NCBI RefSeq assembly: GCF_009914755.1 | Contig: NC_060937.1 | Length of the DNA: 64,000 bases | Reading direction: 5' to 3' (one strand) | Source: the human T2T-CHM13v2.0 reference genome, Homo sapiens | In this document: positions 13,629-23,819 of the stretch, piece after piece | Position numbering within the stretch: the stretch's first letter is position 1 | Layout of the letters: each line of letters starts with the position of its first letter | The notes under the pieces: generated by a model | Told to the model about the DNA's origin: nothing | Databases searched by the model: none | The model's input: only the letters and a program-made list of their open reading frames with translations | Made by a program: the position numbers and the translations under genes

Positions 13629-13646
13629 ATCCCTGACGAGCCCCCA
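13629..13646 (-). promoter_or_regulatory. Retroviral primer-binding site, tRNA-Pro
   Basis: Minus strand reads TGGGGGCTCGTCAGGGAT, a 17/18 match to the canonical Pro PBS TGGGGGCTCGTCCGGGAT, 4 nt downstream of the LTR end. Confidence 0.93.
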
Positions 13647-13650
13647 GATT

Positions 13651-14355
13651 TGTAACTGCCCAATGGATTCACCTTGCCCGCTGCCTAGACAGAGCTGATT
13701 TATGAAGACAGAGGAATTGGAACAGAGAAAGAATAATTCACATAGAACTGGCTGTGTGGGAGACTGGAGTTTTATTATTACTCAAATCAGTCTCCTCGAA
13801 AACTTGGGGATCAGAGTTTTTAAGGATAATATGGTGGTAGGGGGGCCAGTAAATCAGAAGTTCTGATTGGTTGGCTCAGGGATGAAATCATAGAGAGTCC
13901 AAGCTGTTCTCTTCTGCTGCATCGGTTCTTGAGTGAGGCCATAGAACTGGTTGGCAGGTCCTGGTGGGGCCATCCAGTTGTGAGAAATGCAAAGCCTGAA
14001 AAGACATCTCAAAAGGCTCATCTTAGGTTCACAATAGTGATGTTCCCTTAAAGAGTAATTGGGGAAGTTAAGAATCTTATGACCTCCGGAATAATGGCTG
14101 GTAATATTTAGAATTCTAGCCCCCTCATTCTAACTTGGTGGCTGGCGGTTTTTCATTCCGTTTACAAGATCAGTTTCACTTTTGGAAAGGGCTATTATTT
14201 AAACCATAAACTAAATTCCTTCCCAAGGCTGGGTTGGCCTACACCCAGGAATGGATAAGGACAGTGTAGGGATTAGAAGCAAGGTGGAGTTGGTTAGGTC
14301 TGATGTTTCTCACTGTCATGATTTCCTTAGTTATAATTGTGCAAAGGTGGTTGCA
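13651..14355 (-). mobile_element. LTR8 (5' LTR of HUERS-P1)
   Basis: Matches recalled LTR8 termini: 'tgtaactgcccaatggattcaccttgcccgctgcctagacagagc' ... 'ttataattgtgcaaaggtggttgca'. AATAAA on the minus strand at ~13770. Confidence 0.9.
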
Positions 14356-14747
14356 TTCAGAAATAGGGGTTTGCTATAATATATAATAATAATAGTTAAC
14401 TATAATAATAGTTAAGGTGAGATAATACTAAAGTAGGGTATACCCTTATTTCAATATGACTGGTGTCTTAAGAAAAAAAGAGACACGAAGAAAGACAGAA
14501 TGCCATGTGAAGACAGAGGCAGAGACTGGAGGGATATAGCTTCACACCAAAAAACATTGCTGATCACCATCATAAATTAGAAAAGGAAAGGAAGAATTCT
14601 ACTCAGCCTGTCTGAGGGATCATGACCCTGCTGACAGCTAGGTTTCAGTTGTCTGTCTTCCAGACTGTGAGGGAATGGATTTTATTTTTTTAAGCCACCC
14701 AGTCAGTTCCTGGTACTTTGTTATGGCAGTCCTCAGAAATTAATACA
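14356..14747 (+). mobile_element. MLT1B/C (MaLR) LTR, 3' part
   Basis: 'gaaataggggtttgc...gccatgtgaagacagaggcagagactgga...ttaagccacccagt...gaaattaataca'. Outer TSD agaga (10218-10222) / ataga (14748-14752). Confidence 0.88.
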
Positions 14748-15214
14748 ATAGATGGTTCCTATTTCTCTGACTAAACTTTCCAAGAACCAGGCATTTCAGG
14801 AAACAGAAACCAAAACAAGATTCCTTGGCACAATCTTGCCCAAGTATTTTAAGTGTTTCTGTGTTGTTAGAGACAGAATCAGTGAAAATTTCAGTGCCAT
14901 ATAAAAAGCCCATTTATTTATTTATTTCTACAATTTATCTTAGTGAAAGTTAGGGTCTGAAACACTTGAGTGTAGGATTAATGATTCCTATTACTCAGAA
15001 AACTTGGGACTAGAATAAATATCTTTTAAGAAGTTGGAGAATAGTAAGGTGAAGTTTGTGGAGCAAATTCAGACAGCTGAATTTAACCTGAAAAAGTAAG
15101 GCAGATACTATAAAGACAGTAGACGATGGAAAGCAAAGCAAAACAAATTTCCTTTAATAGCATGGGCGAAGATCAGCTATTTGAAGTTCTTTGCAATAGA
15201 GTAAATGCACATAA

Positions 15215-16250
15215 TAATGCTTATTTAGCAATTAGAGAGGCCAGTATTCTAAGAACATTCTGCCAATTATTATATTTAATCCCCATAAAAATTTTATGAG
15301 GTAAGTACAAAAACCCCCTTTGGAAAGATTATTACAGTGAGAGAAATCTAACATATCTAACTCTATCTTGTGTCTAAACTCACAAGCTAACTGGGATTAT
15401 TCATTCCTGGGCATAGGCCAAGCTAACTATGGGAGAAATTTAATTTATAGTTTAACCTTAAAATAAGAATGATAATAGCTCTTTTGAAAAAACTGCCTTC
15501 CTACTTGTTCAGGGACCAAAACCACCTTCATAAAACTAATGAAAGTCCACAAGGTTAGAATTCTGGGAGGGGCTTGAATTCTGCTAAGACCTATGCATAA
15601 GACTTAACCTGTGCAAAGGTTAGGCAATAACCAGCTGTGGTTCTATAGCTTGCTTACTGCTCAGGAGTCATGAAGCCTGAGGTCATAAGATTCAGAACTT
15701 TCCCAATTGGTCCTATAGATAGCATCACTATTGTAAAAAACCTGGGATTGGTCTTTGAGATATTTTTCAGACTTTGCATTCTAGTGGACCAACTGATACC
15801 ATCTGGACCCACCTGGCAGAGTTGGTTATTTAAAGTCTTTGAAGAATTGGTCAGTGAAACCCCACCCAGAAACTGATTCAATGTGAGAAGACAATTTGGG
15901 CATTCTTATGATTTCCTCCCCAAGCAAGAAGCTGCACCGATTCCCTAACCCCTTGCCTGTCAATTATCCTTAAAAAGCCTAGCCTCCAAGATCTCAGAAA
16001 GTCAGATTTGACAAATATCTTCCATATTTCTGTTTGACTGTCTTGTAATAATTAAAATCTCTGCTGCAACACTCCTGCTGTTCTCAGTGTATTGGCTTTT
16101 CTGGGCAAGAAGAATCTGTCAGGCTATAGTGGTACTTGCATTATCTGTATTTTACAGATGAGGAAACTGTCATCTCAGCATTTGTTGACTGAGTGAACTT
16201 GGCAGAGTGGGTTATCTAAAGTCAGATGGTTTGGGTCAGAGCTGTTTTCC
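15215..16250 (-). mobile_element. MIR SINE split by an LTR8A/B-like insertion
   Basis: 'tttaatccccataaaaattttatgaggtaagtac' | LTR | 'ttgcattatctgtattttacagatgaggaaactg'. Confidence 0.75.
15309..16131 (+). mobile_element. LTR8A/LTR8B-like (MER4-group) solo LTR
   Basis: 'ctttggaaagattattacagtgagagaaatctaac...ttcattcctgggcataggccaagctaactatggg'. Probable 4-bp TSD GTAC at 15305-15308 and 16132-16135. Confidence 0.85.
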
Positions 16251-18080
16251 TGTGCATATTTCTCCTCTTATATTAATACAGGTGGGAAGTTTTAGCCAGC
16301 TATTCATTTTTTTTTTTTAAGACCACACTCGTTTTTATTCCTGAAGTTCATTGGTAAGTTATTTCTGCTTTTCTGTGTTTCAAGTCTTTTTTTCTTTAGG
16401 CATTAGCTACAATTGTGATATTGATCTCCAATAACATTTAGATTATCTGACCCCACATAAAGATTTTTTCCTTTATAGTAAGAATAGGTCATACTAATTT
16501 CTTATTGTTTGTTAAGAAACAATCATAGAATACATCTTTTACAGTGTATCATTTTACCAGTTATATCACATTAATAATCATGGATGAAAAAGATGAAGCA
16601 AATAAATTTGACTTACAGAAGATTTCCAGCATTTGTTTTTGATTTTCAGTGTTTCATATTTCTCAACTGAAAGGCTATAAAGCTCTGAGGATCTAAAAGA
16701 TAAAAAATATCTTCAAAACATTAGATTCTAACCTCCCAGACCAGCACTGGCATTATTAACTTTTAATAGGACAATAGCAGAAAACAAGATTTTGTTCTTC
16801 TTTTATCCAGTAATGAAAATTTTATCAATTGATAAGATGAATTATAGTGTCAAGAAATTTTTTTTATTAAAGATTTTTTCCTTTTTTTCTTCCCTGGGGG
16901 CTAGGCCTGGGAATTCCACCATCTATCTGAGAGAATGAGGTTTTTTTTTTTTTCTTGTTCAAATATGATTCCCTTATAACCTACAGCATTTTTTATTCAT
17001 GGTACAAATATTAGTGGTAGTGTTGGGAGATAAGATTAAATTATATTCACTAATATAATGAAGTATGGGGAAGAGACTAGAAGAATCAAGTTTAGTGTTT
17101 GAAAAATCAATAAGCTTCCCAGTATCTGGCAAATCCAGAGAGAATAATGATTGGAAGAACCACAAGAAAGTAGATCGTATATGTATCAGCCTTATTTGTA
17201 AGGAAAAAAATGTAGGAGAAAGAATATCAAACATAATTTGATATACAGTTGTGGAAGAAAACACTACATCCTCCAAATTTTACTATTTTTATTTTTTAAG
17301 CATTATATAAATAAGCTAGTACTTTGTTAGAATCAGACTATACTTCGACCTTAAGAAATTAACAGTTTAGAGGTAATTCTTTATGAAAATCTGGTAACTC
17401 AGGAAATCTTAGGCAATATTTGTTAGCCCTTTTGAGCTGAGAGAACAACTGTCTTAATTGCTGCTGCTTAGAACCCTGATATGACTTTCATGATGAAAAA
17501 AGTTATGAACCACTCTGGAAAATAAGAGTTCATGAGTTGAAAATTCTGCTGTAGGTAATGAAACAATAATGGAAGCAGAAAGGTTAAATAGCTTTTCTAA
17601 AGATCAACAACCAGTAAGTAGCAAAGCAAAAATCAGTATAAAATTTTACAACCTCAGGAGCTTTTAACCATATCACTGATTTTTTCTAGAGCCTTTTGTT
17701 AATGAAGTAACACTTTCTATAGACATGATGTTGTAGCTAAAGGGATAGCTCCCAATATTAATACTTAATTTTTTTTGGTTATACATTTTAAAAATTATTA
17801 CCTTAAAACAAAGTAATAAAATCTCCTTGCATGCAATGGATTCTAAAATGGGTAAAGATAATACTAAAGTTGTCTAGTTGTCCTTTAATGTACTGTACTA
17901 TAATTTCATTATAAAATCTGTTAAAATATTGAAAAACATTTAATATTACATTCTACATGAATTAGATTTTATAAAATTTTCTGAAATAAATACAGCCATA
18001 GCAATGTATAATAAAAGAAAGATATGAAAATAGAAAAAAACTTCAAAAAATGTTAAAACTTGATTTTTTATACTTTTCAG

Positions 18081-18120
18081 AATGAGAGAAACAAGTTTTT
18101 AAGTGAAAATGCATTATCAG
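18081..18120 (+). other. Candidate 40-nt internal exon (unvalidated)
   Basis: Polypyrimidine acceptor 'tgattttttatacttttcag' and donor 'CAG|gtaaca'. No partner exons or homology recognised. Confidence 0.2.
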
Positions 18121-18602
18121 GTAACAACTACAAAAAATCACCAGCTCCTCAGCTTGCAAAGATCTCAAGGCCAAGTGCCTTTTCCATCATCAAGGATAAG
18201 AGCACTAACCTCAATACTGATTCACAGGAAAGTTTTTATTTTTTTACTGCATTTATGAGCATTTATATAGTTTTCATACCTTAGGCAACAAAATGACAAT
18301 GGCAGAATTGACCTTTTGAAAAAAAATATATTTTTACTCATTTCAAAAGAGAAATGAGTTCAGACATGGAGCTACAAAGTTCAAAAAAACAAAAAGATAA
18401 AAGATGCTGAAAATGAATGGAATAGGTACATATATTTTTAAATGTATATAAAATGTAATATATTAAAGTAAAAAATATAATTAGAGGTTAAAGTCTAAAA
18501 ATTTTGAGTAAGTTGTTTGGATTTAGAAAATGTATGCTTTACTGAATACAGATGATTAATTTCTGGCGTGTAAGGGAAACATTATCTTTCTCAATAATAT
18601 AT

Positions 18603-18968
18603 TGCCCTAGTCTGTTTGGGCGCTATAACAAACACAACATAGACTGGCTTGCTTATAAAAACAAAAATGTATTTCTCACAGTTCTGGAGGCTGAAAGCCT
18701 GAGTTCAGGGTGCTAGCACAGCTGGGTTCTGGTGAAGACTTGCTTCCTGGTTCATAGACTGCCATTTTCTCCCTGTATCCTCACATGGTGGAACTTGCAA
18801 GGGATCTCTCTGGGGTCTCTTTCATAAGAGCTCTAATCCCATTCATGAGGGCTCCACCCTCATGCCATTATCACCTCACAAAGGTTTCACTTACTAATCC
18901 AATCACATTGGGGGTTTCAATTTTGACATATAAATTTTGGGGAGGATACAAGCATTCAGTCCATAACA
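18603..18968 (-). mobile_element. MLT1A/MLT1A0 (MaLR) solo LTR
   Basis: 'atttctcacagttctggaggctg', 'ctaatcccattcatgagggctccaccctcatg', end 'cattcagtccataaca'. Confidence 0.9.
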
Positions 18969-18969
18969 T

Positions 18970-19007
<38 letters not shown>

Positions 19008-19227
19008 ATATATATATATGGCTGGGGCAGTGATAAAGTGTTCCATATTATATATATATATGTTATATATGTTTCTTATATATGTTATATGTTATATATG
19101 TTTCATATATATGTTATATATTATATGTTCCATATATATGTTATATATTATATATGTTTGATATATGTCATATATTATGTATGTTTCATATATGTTATAT
19201 ATTATATATGTTTCATATGTATATATG
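18969..19227. repeat. (TA)n tract plus TA-rich ~27-bp minisatellite with an embedded 28-bp foreign segment
   Basis: Near-pure TA at 18969-19019, insert at 19021-19048, then units like 'tatatgtttcatatatatgttatatat'. Confidence 0.93.
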
Positions 19228-19879
19228 AAAATTAAGCAGATAAAATTCCATTTTCCATCCTTCCAAGAAGAAAGGGTGAGTCTTCTATTAAGGATCTACT
19301 TGCTAAACTTAAAAGCCTGTTGAGAACTCAACCCTATATTTTTTGTACAATTATATTTTGGCATAACGAAAACACATAATTTATAAAATGCTCAAAGATA
19401 CGTCATTTTAAAAGCAATACAAGAACAAAATACAGCATTTATATGCAATAAAGTATTGTCACAAGAATGAGGATGAATTATTTGGAATGTAACATGTATG
19501 CAATATGTTTTTATAAAATTGTGAAAAATGAAGAAGAACATAGGTCATGAATGAATGTAGATATATACTATAACACTGTAATGTAATGTGCTTAACACTT
19601 AGGTTTAAAAAAAGAGTTTTGGAAATGGTGTTAAAATAAGTTGGCTATTAATGTGATGTATTCCAAAAAGTTTTGGTTGGAAGAGAAAATGAATAAGCTG
19701 TCTTTCACACAAAACCAGAGCAAAAAATAAGTGTGTTTACTGACAATAAATAACTCCTTCTATTACACCAGAAAAGAAATGACTATGTACAGTATAGAGC
19801 TTTTTCCACAAATATGCCTTTAGTACTTATCTTTATGTATGTGCCTTACAAAAACTATTAATATAAAATATTTAATTAA

Positions 19880-20200
19880 TTGCTATAAACGTGATGATTG
19901 TTTATGAGAGTAAAAGTAGGTCTGTTAAGTCGATGGCCCTTTATTTTGAGAAGTGTATATGTGTGTGTGTGTGTATGGGTGAGTGTGCGTGAGAGCGAGA
20001 GAGCGAGAAAGGGAGGGAAGGACAGGTATGTTTGTACGTGCGTATGTTTGTTTGCCTGTTTGTTTTAACATTTATCTAAGATTGTTTTTTTCATTGAGGG
20101 GTGGGGGGGCGGGTGGCTTCAAATGACTTAGTCGGCTCATGTTTGCAAACTCAGGAGTAATTGCTGGGGCAGTGATAAAGTGTTCCATATAATCGAATTA
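19880..20200 (+). promoter_or_regulatory. Candidate cis-regulatory element / promoter with first exon
   Basis: Non-repeat segment with ~10 CpGs in ~320 bp. TATAAA at 19884, (TG)n/(GA)-rich tract, donor CAG|GTATGT at 20025/20026, GC-box GGGGCGGG at ~20106, TGTTTGC, TGATAA. Confidence 0.4.
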
Positions 20201-20913
20201 AAATAATACATTGAAATTGAGTGAGGAAATATATAAATCCAGGTTAAGTGCATTTGGAAAAGAATCAGAGAGAAGAAATGCAGTGATGTTGAAGTGCAGC
20301 TGAGACTGAAGAAACAATAACATGTATCTAAAAGGGATTTTAAAATGTAATCTCTTTTATCATTTTACATAAGATAAAAATTTTCATAAAACTTAGAAAT
20401 GTGCTGTCCTGTTTTCAAGTTAATGAGGAGATTTAAAAAATGCAAAGACAGGCACACGGAAGTTGGAAGACCTAGGAGTAGCACTATCTCAGTTATAAAA
20501 GAGACTGGACCAGTAGCTGCAGAGGACTAATAAAAACCATGATGGCTATTAAATTAGGCTATTTGTAAGTTTTCAGTGATGATATCGTCTGGAGTACAAC
20601 ATTTCTTCTCAATATGTAGACAGTAAACATTTTAGCAATGCTTTCAACTTTCAACTCAGCATTTATTTGCATCATTCAGTTAGACATAAACTTCTAAAAT
20701 AAAATGTACCTTTTCCTCTTTTTGCATTCTTAAATATTCTTTAATATTTATGAAATTAGGATAGCTCTTTCAGTTTTTTTATTATTTGAAATAACATAAA
20801 TGGTCCTAAAATGTACGAATTCAAAGTTATCTTAATGAATCAACTATACAAGCAATAAACATAGGACACAGGAAAATCATTTAAATTGATATGCAATTAC
20901 ATTGCAATTATAT

Positions 20914-22488
20914 TGATGGCAGCGGTGGTCCATCTGGAGCGGCTATTGCCATCAAGGAGGCTGCAATGGGGGAGGCATGGCCGTGGCTGCAGCTCCACAG
21001 AGCCAGGAGGAGCCAGGAGTAAGCAGAAGCCCAGTCCACTTCTGAGTTGGCAGGACAGGAGCCTCCCGCTTCCCAGGTGCAGCTGCGGCTGTCCAGCCAC
21101 GGCTGCAGAACCAGGCATTTCTGTGCTCTTGGGGACCAGGAGCAGGGAGGAGCTCCTCCCTCCTGGGTCCAGCTTCAGCCTCCCAAGCTGCGACTGCAGA
21201 TCCAGGCATCTCTGCACTCTTGGGTGCCTGGGAAGCCTTCTTTCTCGACAAGCTCAGAGGTGCCTGCTCCCACTGCCTAGCCTCTCCCGACTCCTGGCTA
21301 CCACTCTGATTTCAGAGCAAAGTTAAGGTTGAGCCTGGGAGCTGTTGCAACCCAGCTGGGTGAGCCCACGCTTGGGACAGCACTTACATGCCAGCTCCCT
21401 GTCCTCTCGGCCCCCTCCGGACTTTGGGTGCCAATGAGCATGGGAGGGAGTTTGAGGAGGGACTGAGGGTAGCTTGGTGCTGCCTGCAGGTGCCCCTCAG
21501 CATGAACAGCCTGGGCACCCTGAATAGCAGCAGGAGGTAGACAGTCTCTGGGTGGAAAGGGGCGGGTCCCGGGTAAAGTCCCACTTTCAAGATGGGAAAG
21601 GCCTGAAGCATGGGGGCCATTCTACCAGTCCTGTAGACTGGAGTGGAAACTTATGGTGCTTTGTCTGGGCCCACCCATGGCTGCCCATGGACTAATCAGC
21701 ATGCACTTCCTCTCTTCTGAAGTCCATCAAAACCCGTGACTCAGCCAGACTTAATAAAATGATGAGATGACCTGCCTGCAGAGAGGAGCTATCCACACCA
21801 GGGTCTCCTCTCTGCTTAGAGCTGAAAAGAGATGACAGGATGACCAGCTGCAGAGAGGAGCTACACAACCCAGTGTCTCCTCTCTGCGGAGAGCTGGAAA
21901 GATGATGGGACAACGTGGAGCTACTCACTCCAGTGTCTTCTCTCTGCTGAGGGCTCAACACTTGCAGGGACACCCTGGCTGTGGAGAGAAGCTTCCCACT
22001 GTGGGTCTCCTCTGAGCTGTTCTATCACTCCATAAAACTCCTCTTCACCTCACTCACCCTCCACTTGTCTGTGCATCTTAATCATCCTGGGCATGGGACA
22101 AGAACTTGGGACACGCTGAATGGTGGGGCTGAAAGTGCTGTAACACAAACAGGGCTGAAACATGTCCCTTGCTCACCACATTGCGGGGTGACAAGAAGGA
22201 GAGAAGAGCTGCGGCCCTTTGGGAAGTCCAGGCCTAGGAGCTCCCTGAGCCAGGCCTGTGACACATCTTTGGGGCTCTGCATTTCCTGCTCAGTGGCCAG
22301 ACCACATGCACACACTCCTTGTTGCTCTCCTTGCCCTTGGCAGGCATGGGATTCAAGCCAGTAGCATGAGCCAAGTGCAGCCTGCTAGGCCAAGTGGGCC
22401 AAGCAGGCCCAAGTAAAACTCGGGCAAAGGTACCACTGGCCACAGAGGTTTCCAGCTGATGAAGGAACATCCCAAGGATCCTGTAACA
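20914..22488 (+). mobile_element. MER52 (ERV1) long solo LTR
   Basis: GC-rich 1.57-kb block 'tgatggcagcggtggtccatctggagc...cccaaggatcctgtaaca' with internal 'ctgcagagaggagcta...tctcctctctgc' tandem units at ~21760-22020. TG...CA termini; TSD atat/attt. Confidence 0.9.
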
Positions 22489-22899
22489 ATTTGTATTACA
22501 AACCTTATATTTTTCAAACGTATCTTTTTCCAAATCTATCTAAATTATAATTTTTCTAATAAGTGCTTTACCTAATGTATTTATTCCTACTCATATTACA
22601 TTCAATACAAAATCAGAAATCTTTTCAGAATACTATCAACAATTTAAAGATAAATGGAGCTGCTTATGTTTGTCTCCATGGTGGGCCACAGAAGTTGAGA
22701 TATCAGTTGACAGACTTACCTGCATAGCCTTTTAAATAATTTCTGTTTTCAACTCCATTATTTTCTTCCACTTACCTATGAAATCTGAGTCCAAAGTATC
22801 TCACTGGTTCCTTGAGTAAACTGCACCATTTCTCTTGCAGTACCTTGGTTGGTTTTGTCCTAGTTTTATGTATCAATCTGTTTTTATTTTCATTCAATT

Positions 22900-23815
22900 A
22901 TTTTTAAGTACATTTTTATGGATTACATAGATATGTATACAGCTGAATGAATTTACACACAAAAAAATGCCCATGTAAGCAGCATCTAGTTATTTAAAAG
23001 ACAGTTTGAACTATATGAAATTCCAAGTTTTAACAATTTTTGACCATAAAAACAACAAGTTTATGTGTTTGTTTACTAGTACTCCAGTTTTCTCCTGGAG
23101 TACACTCCCAGTCATTACTATTGTACATATAGCTACCACTCTTGTTTTCTAACACACCATAGTTCTTGCCTGTTTTTGTGATTTATACAGATGGCATCAT
23201 GTAATATATATTATTTCCTCTCTTCTACTCAAATCCTCAGTGAAATTCATCTTTGTGGTTGCATGCAGTGAGGATTCTTTGATTTTCATAGCTATATATT
23301 TTCCATTGTATAAAAATACTATGCTTTATGTATTCTCGTATTAAGAACATTTGAGATATTTTCATCTTGGTGTTATTATTGTTAATATAGCTATATATTT
23401 TTATTACCTATCTCGTAGTGAATAACTCCTTCTTTCTGCTCAGGATATTTCTAATAGTGAAAGTGATGTGTAAGAGTATGTGTATTTATGGAGGTTTACC
23501 AGATACATCAGATGATTTTCCATTTGTGTTTCAGTTTATACTCCTACTAGCAGAGTATGAGAGTTTTTGTTATTCCACACCTTTGCCATTATTTAGTATT
23601 GTCATCCTTTTTAATTTTAGTTCTTCTGCTGAGCATGTAAAGTATTACTTTGGATATTTAATTTACATTTCTCTGACCCTAATGAAATTTGATCAGATAC
23701 CTTCTCCTGTTTGCTGGTCACCTATATATTTCCTTGGGTAAAGTGTTTCTTCAAGTATTTGCCTATTTCATTTTTTAATTATGTTATCTATTATCAATTT
23801 ATAAGAAGTTTTAAG
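22900..23815 (-). mobile_element. Ancient L1M (L1ME-like) 3' fragment
   Basis: Antisense L1 3' text 'ttcatctttgtggttgcatgcagt', 'cagtttatactcctactagcagagtatgagag', 'ttaatttacatttctctga'. Confidence 0.7.
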
Positions 23816-23819
23816 TGTG

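Larger units (their letters stand above)
10294..14355 (-). mobile_element. Internally deleted HUERS-P1 (LTR8, MER4-group ERV1) provirus
   Basis: Full LTR8 at 13651-14355, tRNA-Pro PBS, and non-coding MER4-group internal sequence at ~10315-13628. Only ~19 bp of the 3' LTR terminus ('tgtaacctctcaatggggt') remains at 10294. Confidence 0.88.

Noticed and set aside
16974-17276. 100-aa minus-strand ORF in unique DNA
   Set aside because: Non-ATG start, F/S/I/L-rich composition typical of the antisense of A-rich DNA, and no recognisable domain.
20886-22533. Cluster of 77-146 aa ORFs on both strands
   Set aside because: All lie within the GC-rich MER52 LTR, which has low stop-codon density. They overlap in several frames and resemble no protein.
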